Source: Armatimonadota bacterium | Lineage (GTDB): Bacteria > Armatimonadota > UBA5829 > DTLH01 | Direction: 5' to 3' | Assembly (NCBI GenBank): GCA_038207085.1 | Contig: JBBRAE010000018.1 | Span: forward strand, 1 to 60,237 | Length of the DNA stretch: 60,237 bases | Shown: positions 18,275-28,038 of the stretch, one piece after another | Layout of the letters: each line of letters opens with the position of its first letter | Position numbering within the stretch: the stretch's first letter is position 1 | The notes under the pieces: model-generated | Databases searched by the model: none | What the model saw: the letters and a program-made list of their open reading frames with translations, nothing else | What the model was told of the DNA's origin: nothing | Made by a program: the position numbers and the translations under genes

Positions 18275-18410
18275 TTGGGCCAGATTTGCAATCCGGGCCC
18301 AGCTGGCAAACAAGGCATCTGTGATCCCGCTCATTCGACTGTGCCCAATCAACCGGCATCACAGATGCCTATTCGGCACAGACGTCCCGGATTGCAAATC
18401 CGGACGAACG
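18275..18410. repeat. REPIN-like element (family B), second copy
   Basis: Colinear with 14666-14826, including the central tgcccaatc.accggcatcacagatgcctatt. Confidence 0.85.
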
Positions 18411-18427
18411 ATAGGGGACCCCGTCCC

Positions 18428-19963
18428 CTATCCCCAGAACTTCCTGTCAAGGCTTCTGTACTGGATCGCTTCGGCGACGTGGGCGATTTGGATGTCTTGC
18501 TCGCTTGCGAGGTCTGCTATGGTTCGGGCGAGCTTCAGGATGCGGTCGTAGGCGCGCGCGGAGAGGTTTAGCTGGGTGATCGCCGAGCGCAGTAGCTCCC
18601 GGACCTCGTCCGTGCTTGCACAGTAGGTCCTGATCTGCTTTGAGGTCATGTGGGCGTTGCAGTAGATCCCCGTGCCCTCGAAACGCTTGACCTGGTGCTG
18701 CCGCGCCTCGGAGACCCGGCCCCTGATGCAGCCTGAGGACTCGCCCATCTGGGTTGATACAAGCTCGTCGTGCCTGAGCCTGGGGACCTCGATGTGGATG
18801 TCGATGCGGTCAAGGAGCGGCCCTGATATGCGCTGCAGGTAGCGCTGGATCGCCTGAGGGCTGCATGTGCAGGGCTTGACGTGATCGTTGAAGAAGCCGC
18901 AAGGGCACGGGTTCATCGCGGCGACGAGCATGAAACGCGCGGGATAAGTGAGCGACGCCTGGGCGCGGGCGATCGTCACCTGGCCGTCTTCGATTGGCTG
19001 GCGCATCACCTCAAGCACGTCGCGGCGGAACTCGGGAAGTTCGTCCAAAAACAGCACGCCGTGGTGCGCGAGACTCACTTCACCGGGACGCGGGTATGAG
19101 CCGCCACCGGTCAGCCCCGCGTTTGAAATCGTGTGGTGCGGCGAACGGAAAGCGCGTTTTGTGACCAGCGCCTCGTTGGAGCTGAGGAGCCCGCAAACGC
19201 TGTACAGTTTGGTGGTGTCGAGCGCTTCGTTCAGGGAAAGCGGCGGAAGTATCGTGGGAATCCGTCGCGCAAGCATCGTCTTGCCGCTTCCCGGAGGCCC
19301 GATCATAATTATGTTGTGCCCACCCGCAGCGGCCACTTCAAGCGCGCGTTTGACATGCGCCTGGCCCTTCACATCGCCAAAATCGGCGTCGTATGCGGGG
19401 TCTTCAAGGGCGGCAAAGTCTCGGGAATCGATGATCGCGGGGAGCATCGAAAGCTCGCCGTTCAGGAACTGAACGACCTCGGCAAGCGTCGTCACCGGAT
19501 AGACCTCGACCTCACCGACGATCGCGGCCTCCTTGACGTTGTGCGCGGGGACGATCATACGCTTCATGCCAAGTTCGCGGGCTTTCAGCGCGATGGGCAG
19601 GACGCCGCTTACGGGGCGCACACTGCCGTCGAGGGAGAGCTCACCTACGACGATGGTGCTTTCAAGGGCGTCGGGATCTACCTGGCTAGTCGCCGCAAGG
19701 ATGCCAAGGGCGATCGGAAGGTCGAAAGAGGGGCCTTCTTTTCGGACGTCGGCTGGGGCAAGGTTGATCGTGATCCGCTTCAGGGGAAACTCGAGCCCGG
19801 AGTTCTTCACGGCGGAGCGGACGCGCTCGCGTGATTCCTGGACGGCTGCATCTGGAAGGCCGACGATGTCAAAACGTGGCAGTCCGCCGGATATGTCAAC
19901 CTCCACTTCGACTACATAAGCATCGATGCCGAGTACGGCGCTGGAGTTGACTTGAGAGAGCAT
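18428..19963 (-). CDS. comM: YifB/ComM family Mg-chelatase-like AAA+ ATPase
   Basis: IVGLPDAAVQESRERV, INLAPAD.RKEG..FDLPIA, GPPGSGKT, RSPHH, PGEVSLAH.GVLFLDE, AMNPCPCG and ISGPLLDRID. Confidence 0.92.
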   Translation of the reverse strand: MLSQVNSSAVLGIDAYVVEVEVDISGGLPRFDIVGLPDAAVQESRERVRSAVKNSGLEFPLKRITINLAPADVRKEGPSFDLPIALGILAATSQVDPDALESTIVVGELSLDGSVRPVSGVLPIALKARELGMKRMIVPAHNVKEAAIVGEVEVYPVTTLAEVVQFLNGELSMLPAIIDSRDFAALEDPAYDADFGDVKGQAHVKRALEVAAAGGHNIIMIGPPGSGKTMLARRIPTILPPLSLNEALDTTKLYSVCGLLSSNEALVTKRAFRSPHHTISNAGLTGGGSYPRPGEVSLAHHGVLFLDELPEFRRDVLEVMRQPIEDGQVTIARAQASLTYPARFMLVAAMNPCPCGFFNDHVKPCTCSPQAIQRYLQRISGPLLDRIDIHIEVPRLRHDELVSTQMGESSGCIRGRVSEARQHQVKRFEGTGIYCNAHMTSKQIRTYCASTDEVRELLRSAITQLNLSARAYDRILKLARTIADLASEQDIQIAHVAEAIQYRSLDRKFWG

Positions 19964-20047
19964 TATCGCCCGGCCTCCGGTAGATTTTATTGTGACTTTC
20001 GTCTTAGTCCATTATAAGAAGCTGACTGGAGTCGTGTCAAACAAGAA

Positions 20048-21142
20048 TCAGGCGCAGAGCTGCTCGTTATCGAGCGCTGCGTTGGCCTCTGCGACCAATT
20101 CGTCGACAAGCTCCCTGACTGGCACGATCTTGTTGATGCGGTAACCGTTGCGCCCGGCCATAATCAGCCCGTAGCGGTCGTCGCCTTCGTGCGCCTTCAC
20201 AAGGGCATCTGCGATGCAGAACGCCGCTTCTTTGGGGTTGCAGGTTCTAAGACAGTGGTAGGGGCACGAAATTGGAAGCTGTTCGCCCGCAGTCACCCGG
20301 TCCACAAGCTCATTTCGAACTGCACGCCCGGGAAGGCCGACGGGACTCCTAATGATTATCATGTCGTCTTCGGTGGCGTCGATCAGGAGCTGCTTACAGT
20401 TATCGGGCAGGGTGCACTCGTCGGTTGCGAGGAACCGCGTTGCCATCTGAACGCCCTCTACACCAACCTTGAAAACCCTCGCGATATCAACGCCGTCATA
20501 AATGCCGCCCGCCGCAAGAACCGGAATATGCTTGCCGGTCTTCTGCTCAAACTTCGCAGCGACTTCGATCACTTCGGCACAAACTTTTTCGATGGTCCGC
20601 TCGTCCCACTCCGCGACCTGCTCAAGGCTAAAGCCCAGGTGGCCACCGGCGAATGCGCCTTCCACGATGATCGCATCAGGCACGCAATTGTCCTTCGAAA
20701 GCCAACGACTGCAGACAATGTCTGCCGCGCGAGCCGAGGATACAATTGGGATCAGGGCAACGCCGCTGTCTTTGGCAAGCGAGGGAAGCGCGAGAGGAAG
20801 CCCCGCGCCTGAGGTGATATAATCGACCTTCTCGGCTACCGCAGTGCGGACGAGCTCTTCATAGTTGGTGAGGGCGACCATGATATTTACGCCGATGACG
20901 CCTTTTGAGCGCTCGCGAGCAAGACGAATCTCCTCCACAAGCCCGGCGTTGCTTTCTTCGACGTAGACCTGGCCTCTACATTTGCCGCGTACAAGCCCAA
21001 CACTCGCGATGGTACCGGCCATGCCGCAGTTTGCGACGGCTGACGCAAGGGAGTGATCGGAACTTCGGACACCCATTCCACCGAGCATAAACGGCGGATC
21101 AATAACAAGAGGCCCGATCTTGAGCGGCGGTAATGCTTTCAT
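20048..21142 (-). CDS. Nitronate monooxygenase / FabK-like FMN oxidoreductase
   Basis: GGMGV, SGAGLP, IVEGAFAGGHLG, AAGGIYDG, GVQMATRF, SPVGLPGRA and a C-terminal Cys cluster. Confidence 0.85.
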   Translation of the reverse strand: MKALPPLKIGPLVIDPPFMLGGMGVRSSDHSLASAVANCGMAGTIASVGLVRGKCRGQVYVEESNAGLVEEIRLARERSKGVIGVNIMVALTNYEELVRTAVAEKVDYITSGAGLPLALPSLAKDSGVALIPIVSSARAADIVCSRWLSKDNCVPDAIIVEGAFAGGHLGFSLEQVAEWDERTIEKVCAEVIEVAAKFEQKTGKHIPVLAAGGIYDGVDIARVFKVGVEGVQMATRFLATDECTLPDNCKQLLIDATEDDMIIIRSPVGLPGRAVRNELVDRVTAGEQLPISCPYHCLRTCNPKEAAFCIADALVKAHEGDDRYGLIMAGRNGYRINKIVPVRELVDELVAEANAALDNEQLCA

Positions 21143-21205
21143 AAACTCTCCAACAATACGAGTAATATCCCCGAAGGGACGCAATCTACAACTATGATAA
21201 CATAC

Positions 21206-21236
21206 AAAAACAGGGCCCGGCAAGCCGGACCCTGTT
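21206..21236 (-). terminator. Rho-independent terminator after the RRM gene
   Basis: Minus strand CAGGGTCCGG-CTTG-CCGGGCCCTG-TTTTT. Confidence 0.75.
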
Positions 21237-21252
21237 ACTAACTAAGGCTGGT

Positions 21253-21600
21253 TTACCAGCGACCGCCGCCGCCGCCACTGCTGCGTCCACCGCCACCGCC
21301 ACCGCCGTAGCCGCCGCCGCCGCCGTAGCCACCACGGCTGCCGCCACCGCCGCCACCACTCCGGGAGTCGGTCTTCGGGCGAGCTTCATTCACTGTCAGT
21401 GTCCTGCCAGCGAACTCTTTGCCGTTGGTTGCTTCGATCGCCGCTGCTGCGTTCTCTTCAGGGATCTCGACGAAGCCGAAGCCCTTGTCACCGATGATTC
21501 TGACGTCAGCAATCGGGCCGAACGGCTCGAAAAGTGTGCGGATATCGTTCTCTGAGGTGCTGTAAGCCATGTTGCCTACGTAAAGTGATTTGTTGGCCAT
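21253..21600 (-). CDS. RRM RNA-binding protein with Gly-rich tail
   Basis: RNP2 LYVGNM, RNP1 KGFGFVEI, GRTLTVNEARP and GGGGGY repeats. Confidence 0.93.
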   Translation of the reverse strand: MANKSLYVGNMAYSTSENDIRTLFEPFGPIADVRIIGDKGFGFVEIPEENAAAAIEATNGKEFAGRTLTVNEARPKTDSRSGGGGGGSRGGYGGGGGYGGGGGGGRSSGGGGGRW

Positions 21601-21758
21601 TTGAAATGCCATCCTTCTGGGTCATCCCCAACGATTTCAACGGAAGCACGAAGCAGAAAGAATCTAGCTACAGTCGGGGGATTCGAGACATCGCAGAAGG
21701 TTACAGATCCACGGAGAAACGAAGACACCGGTGCGGTCGTTGATTGTATTGTGAATAC

Positions 21759-21787
21759 ATCTTACTATACATCACCCTGGATTGCAA
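21759..21787 (-). promoter_or_regulatory. Sigma70-type promoter of the RRM gene (implies ~150-nt 5' UTR)
   Basis: TTGCAA-17 bp-TAAGAT. Confidence 0.55.
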
Positions 21788-21891
21788 GCTAATTTTTAAA
21801 TGTCGTTGTTTCTGGGAGTGTCAAACAAGACACTCATCAGCAACTCATCACAATATGCGCGAGCCCGCCTGTTCTCCATGTTTCGCCAAAC

Positions 21892-21921
21892 TTGACATTA
21901 TTCGAACCAATAGGGTAATAT
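21892..21921 (+). promoter_or_regulatory. Sigma70-type promoter of the hydrolase-tatD operon
   Basis: TTGACA-18 bp-TAATAT. Confidence 0.55.
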
Positions 21922-21970
21922 AGGATTGGTTTGAAAGGTCCGGAATACGCTTTGGGAGAGGTAGCACCGA

Positions 21971-22798
21971 TTGCCAACAGTTGATATTGAGGGCATGAAA
22001 GTGGCCTATGCGGAAGCCGGGACCGGACTGCCGGTGGTTTTCCTGCCGGGACTGGTTGGGACCAGGGATTGGTTCAGATACCAGGTGAGCGGGCTTTCGG
22101 AAAGCTACCGCGTGATGAGCTATGATGTAAGATCGGCGAGAAACGTCGCCTCATACACCCTTGACCTGCTCACGGAAGACCTCGCAAGGTTTCTTACTTC
22201 ACTGAAGCTGCAATTCGCCGTGATCGTCGGCCATTCATTTGGCGCGATGGTCGCGCAGCGGTTCGCCCTCGCTTACCCGCAGATGACCGAAGCCCTTGTG
22301 CTCGTCTCGGCGTTTCCCACTCTTGAGGAGAAGTCGCCGGAGGCGATAATCGACGCGCTTTCGCCAGGGCAGGTGCGAGTGGAGTCTGCGCTACAGTCGT
22401 TTCTTTCGAAGATCTTCCCGCACAAGCTGCAAACGGGCACACGTGAAGAAACCGATGGGCTGGAATGGCTCACGAGTCACAGCGCAACTCTATCACGGAC
22501 GACTCTTGCAGCACGAACCGCTCTTATCGGGAAGTTCGACTCAAGGGACTGGCTTGAACAGATCGAAGCGCCTACGCTTGTAATCGTCGGCGCAAAAGAC
22601 AAAACACCGTTTCTTGCGGGCGCGCAGACGTTATACGAAGGTATACCGAATGCCGAACTAGAAGTTATCGAAGAGGGAGATCATTTCTGCTTTTATACCC
22701 GACACGATCTGGTGAACCGAGCCATCGACGACTTTTTGAAAGATCGCCTGTCCAGCGGCGCTCGCGCCGCGAGGGACATCAAGAGACGACGCACGTAG
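21971..22798 (+). CDS. Alpha/beta fold hydrolase
   Basis: VGHSFGAM, PTLVIVGAKD and GDH; TTG start after GAGAGG. Confidence 0.85.
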   Translation: MPTVDIEGMKVAYAEAGTGLPVVFLPGLVGTRDWFRYQVSGLSESYRVMSYDVRSARNVASYTLDLLTEDLARFLTSLKLQFAVIVGHSFGAMVAQRFALAYPQMTEALVLVSAFPTLEEKSPEAIIDALSPGQVRVESALQSFLSKIFPHKLQTGTREETDGLEWLTSHSATLSRTTLAARTALIGKFDSRDWLEQIEAPTLVIVGAKDKTPFLAGAQTLYEGIPNAELEVIEEGDHFCFYTRHDLVNRAIDDFLKDRLSSGARAARDIKRRRT

Positions 22799-22839
22799 CG
22801 CCGTCACTTTCGCAGCCATTGGCTGATCGAGACCCTAAT

Positions 22840-23625
22840 ATGCCTGATATCTTTGATACGCACGCGCACTTGAACGACCGCCGAATGAAAGATGATGTCG
22901 ACGGCGTCCTTTCGCGCGCCCGGGCCTCGGGCGTGACGCGCGTGATATGCTCCGGCTATGATATCGAATCAAGCAGGCTCGCGGTCGAGATCGCCGAAAG
23001 ACACGACAACGTCTGGGCGACGGTCGGAGTCCACCCCCACGATGCCCAAACCCTCACAGATTCCATGCTCGCTGAGATCACCGAGCTTGCCGCGCGGCCA
23101 AAAGTCGTCGCAATAGGCGAGATCGGGCTCGATTATCACTATGATCGCTCCCCCAGAGAGATTCAGGCGGAGGCTTTGAGAAGGCAGCTCAAGCTTGCAC
23201 AGACGCTTGGAATGCCGGTGGTGATCCACGAGCGGGAGTCCGGGGATGATGCTTACAATATTATAGCTGAGAACCTGCCCAAAGCGGGCGGAGTGTTTCA
23301 CTGCTTTTCCGGGGACACGGCGCACGCGGCAAGAGTGATGGGCCTGGGGTTCTATCTCGGGATATCGGGGACCGTGACATTCAAGAACGCGCAGGCGCTT
23401 CGGGAAGTTGTGGAAACCGCGCCGATTGAGCGATTGCTGATTGAAACCGACTGCCCGTATCTTACGCCCGAGCCGTTTCGTGGCAGACGCCAGAACGAGC
23501 CTGAGCTTGTGCGTCTTGTCGCTCAGAAGGTCGCCGAGATCAGGGGGACCGAGCCGGACGAGGTCGCGCGGGCGACTACGGAGAACGCACTTCGGCTCTA
23601 CACCCGGATCGGAAGCGCCGGATGA
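22840..23625 (+). CDS. tatD: TatD family DNase
   Basis: DTHAHL, VGVHPH, AIGEIGLDY, PVVIH, GVFHCFSG and IETDCPYL. Confidence 0.93.
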   Translation: MPDIFDTHAHLNDRRMKDDVDGVLSRARASGVTRVICSGYDIESSRLAVEIAERHDNVWATVGVHPHDAQTLTDSMLAEITELAARPKVVAIGEIGLDYHYDRSPREIQAEALRRQLKLAQTLGMPVVIHERESGDDAYNIIAENLPKAGGVFHCFSGDTAHAARVMGLGFYLGISGTVTFKNAQALREVVETAPIERLLIETDCPYLTPEPFRGRRQNEPELVRLVAQKVAEIRGTEPDEVARATTENALRLYTRIGSAG

Positions 23626-24629
23626 TTTCTGTCAGGCATTTTGGTCCAGGTGACGCAGACTCAGTCGTTCGACTATTAAACGATGTGCTGCTCGCCGACC
23701 AGATAACGCATGATGTGTTCTTGCGCAAAGTGCTGCTTGACCCGAACTTTCGCTCCGAAGGCGCGCTGGTCGCCGAAGACGGAGGGGTCGTCGGGTTTGC
23801 TCTAGGGATTATGCGAAAGATTCCGATAGAGGACCAGACGCCGGACATTGACCGCGGATACCTGACGCTTATGGGCGTCGCACCGGGTCACCAGCGTCGC
23901 GGGACGGGCACGGAATTGTTGAGGCGACTTTTCGCGTATTACCAAGAGTATGGCGCAAAGAGTGTCTGGGTCTCCCCCTATGCGCCAAACTACTTTACGC
24001 CTGGGGTCGATGTCAACGCTTACCCTGGCGCGCTCGAGTTTTTCAGGAAAAACGGGTTTGTCGAGGCCTACCGTCCGCTTTCGATGGACGCGTCGCTTGT
24101 TGGGCTCAGAACCCCGGACTGGGTTCGGGAGAGGGTCCGGACGCTTGGGATCGAGGGGGTCGCGATCGAACCGTTTCGCTCCGAACTCACACTTCCGCTG
24201 CTCGACTTCCTGCGCAGGGAGTTTCCAGGGGACTGGCAAAGGCATATCAGAGAGTCGCTTTCGTCTATCACGCTTGGTGGCTTCAGGGCAGACCAGATGT
24301 GGGTGGCGCACCACAACGGGCGGGTTCTCGGGTTTGCCCAGCACGACGGAGAGCGATTCGGGCCATTTGGAGTAGCCGCATCCGAGAGGGGCCGAGCGAT
24401 CGGCGCGGGGCTCCTGTTTCAAGTTTTGCACACGATGAGGACAAACGGTTTGCACAACGCCTGGTTCTTGTGGACCGATGACAAAACCGCCAAACTCTAC
24501 AGCGAGGCAGGTTTCACGGAGACCAGGCGCTACGCGGTCATGAAAAAGACACCGGTGGCGCATAACGCCAGCCCTTTCGCAGCCTTTGGCTGCTGTCACA
24601 GTGGCGCCTGCGCCGCGATAGACCATTAA
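23622..24629 (+). CDS. Tandem GNAT acetyltransferase
   Basis: Two acetyl-CoA motifs (V.PGHQRRGTG and V...ERGRAIG), PNYFTPG and FPGDW. Confidence 0.85.
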   Translation: MISVRHFGPGDADSVVRLLNDVLLADQITHDVFLRKVLLDPNFRSEGALVAEDGGVVGFALGIMRKIPIEDQTPDIDRGYLTLMGVAPGHQRRGTGTELLRRLFAYYQEYGAKSVWVSPYAPNYFTPGVDVNAYPGALEFFRKNGFVEAYRPLSMDASLVGLRTPDWVRERVRTLGIEGVAIEPFRSELTLPLLDFLRREFPGDWQRHIRESLSSITLGGFRADQMWVAHHNGRVLGFAQHDGERFGPFGVAASERGRAIGAGLLFQVLHTMRTNGLHNAWFLWTDDKTAKLYSEAGFTETRRYAVMKKTPVAHNASPFAAFGCCHSGACAAIDH

Positions 24630-24670
24630 GGGACGGCGCGCATAGCGCCGTCGATCTGGAGTAGACAAAG

Positions 24671-25378
24671 ATGCAGAATCGAGTGGACATCCTGGTAATC
24701 GGGGCACACGCCGGGGACGCTGAGATATCCGGTGGGCTTGCGCTCGCCCATCACAGGAACCTCGGCAGACGGATAGCTATGTGCCACCTCACCCTTGGTG
24801 AAAAAGGGCACCCCAAGAAATCAGCCGACGAATATGAGCGACAGAAGCGCGACGAAGCAATGGCCGCGGCGGACGTGATAGGGGCGGAGATCTACATGCT
24901 GCCATATCGCGATGGGGAACTTCAGTCCTCAGACGAGGTCAAGTTCGCGATCTGCGACGTCATCCGCGACTGCCAGCCCGATGTCGTCCTCACCCACTGG
25001 AACCACTCAGTGCACAAAGACCACGTCGCCGCAAGCCTGGCCGTTCCCGACGCCGTGTTCTACGCTGGCGTCCCGGCGTTTGAAAGAATTTTGCCCGCTC
25101 ATGCGGCAAAATCGCTCTACTACCTCGAAAATTGGGAGGATTATGAAGAGTTCAAGCCGGAGTTCTATATAGAACTAAGTGATGAGGATATCACGCTCTG
25201 GGAGAAGATGGTGCGCAAGTACTCGCTTTTCCGTGGGGATGTTGTCAAGTTCCCATACGTCGACTACTACAAGTCGCTTGCCAGAGTGCGCGGTATCGAG
25301 GTCTACACCGAGTACGCTACGGCGTTTGGAGTGCCGCCTTCGGCGCACAGACGCAGGGCGCAGTCCGTAACGACCTAG
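24671..25378 (+). CDS. PIG-L/LmbE family deacetylase
   Basis: IGAHAGD, LTLGEKG, PDVVLTHW and HKDH. Confidence 0.88.
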   Translation: MQNRVDILVIGAHAGDAEISGGLALAHHRNLGRRIAMCHLTLGEKGHPKKSADEYERQKRDEAMAAADVIGAEIYMLPYRDGELQSSDEVKFAICDVIRDCQPDVVLTHWNHSVHKDHVAASLAVPDAVFYAGVPAFERILPAHAAKSLYYLENWEDYEEFKPEFYIELSDEDITLWEKMVRKYSLFRGDVVKFPYVDYYKSLARVRGIEVYTEYATAFGVPPSAHRRRAQSVTT

Positions 25379-25455
25379 AAATGCGGGAGGCTATAAACCC
25401 CCAAACGTGCCACTTAAATCAATGGAATTGAATTGAAAGGAACTAATTTTACCAA

Positions 25456-27966
25456 ATGAGCGGAACACTCTCTTTGAACGGTATATGGGATCTGACCTAC
25501 GCTCAAGGGGCCTATCACATTGCACCACAGCACTACACAGGCATTAAAGTCCCCGGACACGAACACATCCAGGCGCAGGTCCCCGCGCCGATCCACCACG
25601 TGCTGATGAAAGCCGGACTCCTTGATGACCCCAACTTCGGGATGAACTCACTTAAATCCAGATGGGTCGAGGAGGTCTACTGGATCTACCGGCGCACCTT
25701 TGATGTCCCAAGCGACGCTGTCTCGGAGACCGTGTGGCTTGAGTTTGACATGATCGAGTTTGACGCGAAGGTGTATTTGAACGGCGAGCAGGTCGGGCAC
25801 CACGCAAACGCCAACCGTCCGGCACGATTCAATGTATCAGGCAAGCTTCAGCCCGGTGAGAACACGATCGTCGTGCTGGTCGAAACAGGAGTCTTCTCAC
25901 TTGCCGACAAGTCGGCCAAACACTACACCTCCACCAGCACGACCTTGATCAACAAACTCCCGCTGATGCGCAAGCCGATCTTTCAGGGTGTCTGGGACTG
26001 GAACCCGTGGCTGATCAACGTTGGAATCCTCGGCGACGTGCGCCTGGTGTGGCGAAAGACCGCGAGGCTCGACGACGTCAGCATCTTCGCGATGCCGAGT
26101 GAAGACCTGTCAAAAGCCACCATCCACGTGCGGGCGACCGTCGAAGGCGTCAAAGCCGACGCGACCAAAGGGATGATTCGGGCAAAAGTCGTCGAGACGG
26201 GCGACGTGGTCGAGCTGCCACTTGAGATCGAAGTCGGGGAGACTCGCCACGAGATTCTCATAGATGTGGAGAACCCCAAGCTCTGGTGGCCTACCGGGCA
26301 GGGAGAGCAGACGAGATACACCGTCGAAGTGACCCTTGAAGCCGGCGGCGAGACCGAAAAGGTCACCCGAAAGCTTGGGATCAGGCGCGTCGAGATCGAT
26401 CAGTCGCCGCACCCCTTCAAAGGGAAGTATTTCACGCTCAAGATCAACAACCGGCCGGTCTTCTGCAAGGGCGGAAACTGGGTTCCGGCCGATATGGTCT
26501 ACAGCTCGGTAAGCGACGAACGCATTCAGGCGCTTGTCGGTTTGGCAGTCGATGCCAACTTCAACCTCCTGCGAATCTGGGGCGGCGGGTGTTTCGCAAG
26601 CGACACCCTCTGCGATGCCTGCGACGAGGCGGGAATCATGCTCTGGCATGACTTCCTCTTCGCCTGCTCGGGCTACCCCGGTGATGACCCAGCGTTCACC
26701 CTTGAAGTGCGCAAAGAGGCGCGTGACGCCGTTCGAAGGCTCGCCCATCACCCCAGCATCGTCGTCTGGAGCGGTAACAACGAGATCGACTGGCTGGACT
26801 GGGGAGGCTTTGAAGGGACCCCGCCGCGCCAGTACTCAGCGATTTTTCACAACGACCTGCCGAGGATCGTGATAGAAAACAACCCCGCGACCTTCTACTG
26901 GCCGAGCTCGCCGTGGTCCGGGGACTACATCTACCCCAACGACCCGACGGTCGGAGATCAGCATCCGTGGGTTGTCTCAATAATGACCCCCGGCGGCGCT
27001 GACTGGTGGCTTTATCGAAGCCACGTCGACAGGTTTGCAAACGAAGGCGGCGTGCTTGGCATGTCATCGCCGAAGTCTATCAGGGAGATGCTCCCCGAGA
27101 GCCAGCAATATATGTTCAGCCCCGGCTGGCATCACCACGACAACACGTTTGCGATGATCGACACCGACCCATCAAAGCTCGGGCACGCCTACCAGACCGT
27201 TGCGCTCTGGACCGGGCGCGACCCGCAGGAGATGGACTGGGAAGATTACGCCGTTCTATCGGCGATTCTTCAGGCCGAGGGGCTCTCTGAGTATATAGAC
27301 AACTACAGGCGTCGCATGTTCTCAAGCTCGTGCGCGGTCTTCTGGATGTATAACGACTCCTGGCCCGTCACCCACGGCTGGACGATCGTCGACTACTATC
27401 TCAGAAAGAAGCTAGGGTATCACCCGGTAAGGCGCGCCTTCCAGCCCGTAACCGTTGTAGTCGCGGAAGAAGATGGCAAAGTGACCGTCTTTGGCGTCAA
27501 CGACTCGCCTGTTGAGTGGTCGGGCAATCTCAGGTATGGAGTCTTCAAGACTCTTGGAAGCCTCGCAACTGACGAGACCAGGGCTGTAACTCTGCCTGCG
27601 AACGCTTCAACTCCCATTGCCGAGATATCACTTGATGAGTGGAAAAAGCTCGGTCTGAAAAAGTCGGGCGCGTTTGCCGCGCTTTCCAAGGACGGCGCGC
27701 AGGTCGCCCAGCACAGGCTCTTCCTTGAGAGGTTCAAAGACCTTGAGCTCACCCAGCCGGAGATTGTGATCGAGCATGTGGGAGACACCGTCACGTTCTC
27801 CTCGGACACCTTCGCGTGGGGGGTCTGCCTTGATATCGACGGGGAGATGAAGCTCTTTGACAACTGCTTTGACCTGATCCCAGGGGTTCCCTACCAGGTG
27901 AAGTGGTCAAGCGAGCTTCAGGAGCCCAAAGTCGCCGCGCTTGGCAACAGGTTCATGCTCGGGTAA
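25456..27966 (+). CDS. Glycoside hydrolase family 2 (beta-mannosidase-like)
   Basis: LSLNGIW, RKP..Q..WDW, KGGNWVP, NLLRIWGGG, HHPSIVVWSGNNE, GDQHPW, RFANEGG and WMYNDSWP. Confidence 0.9.
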   Translation: MSGTLSLNGIWDLTYAQGAYHIAPQHYTGIKVPGHEHIQAQVPAPIHHVLMKAGLLDDPNFGMNSLKSRWVEEVYWIYRRTFDVPSDAVSETVWLEFDMIEFDAKVYLNGEQVGHHANANRPARFNVSGKLQPGENTIVVLVETGVFSLADKSAKHYTSTSTTLINKLPLMRKPIFQGVWDWNPWLINVGILGDVRLVWRKTARLDDVSIFAMPSEDLSKATIHVRATVEGVKADATKGMIRAKVVETGDVVELPLEIEVGETRHEILIDVENPKLWWPTGQGEQTRYTVEVTLEAGGETEKVTRKLGIRRVEIDQSPHPFKGKYFTLKINNRPVFCKGGNWVPADMVYSSVSDERIQALVGLAVDANFNLLRIWGGGCFASDTLCDACDEAGIMLWHDFLFACSGYPGDDPAFTLEVRKEARDAVRRLAHHPSIVVWSGNNEIDWLDWGGFEGTPPRQYSAIFHNDLPRIVIENNPATFYWPSSPWSGDYIYPNDPTVGDQHPWVVSIMTPGGADWWLYRSHVDRFANEGGVLGMSSPKSIREMLPESQQYMFSPGWHHHDNTFAMIDTDPSKLGHAYQTVALWTGRDPQEMDWEDYAVLSAILQAEGLSEYIDNYRRRMFSSSCAVFWMYNDSWPVTHGWTIVDYYLRKKLGYHPVRRAFQPVTVVVAEEDGKVTVFGVNDSPVEWSGNLRYGVFKTLGSLATDETRAVTLPANASTPIAEISLDEWKKLGLKKSGAFAALSKDGAQVAQHRLFLERFKDLELTQPEIVIEHVGDTVTFSSDTFAWGVCLDIDGEMKLFDNCFDLIPGVPYQVKWSSELQEPKVAALGNRFMLG

Positions 27967-28038
27967 CATCGGGCGCAAAAAATCGGTATAATGACTGATG
28001 GGGCCGTTCGATGCTTCGGGCGGCCCCTCTTACAAGCT

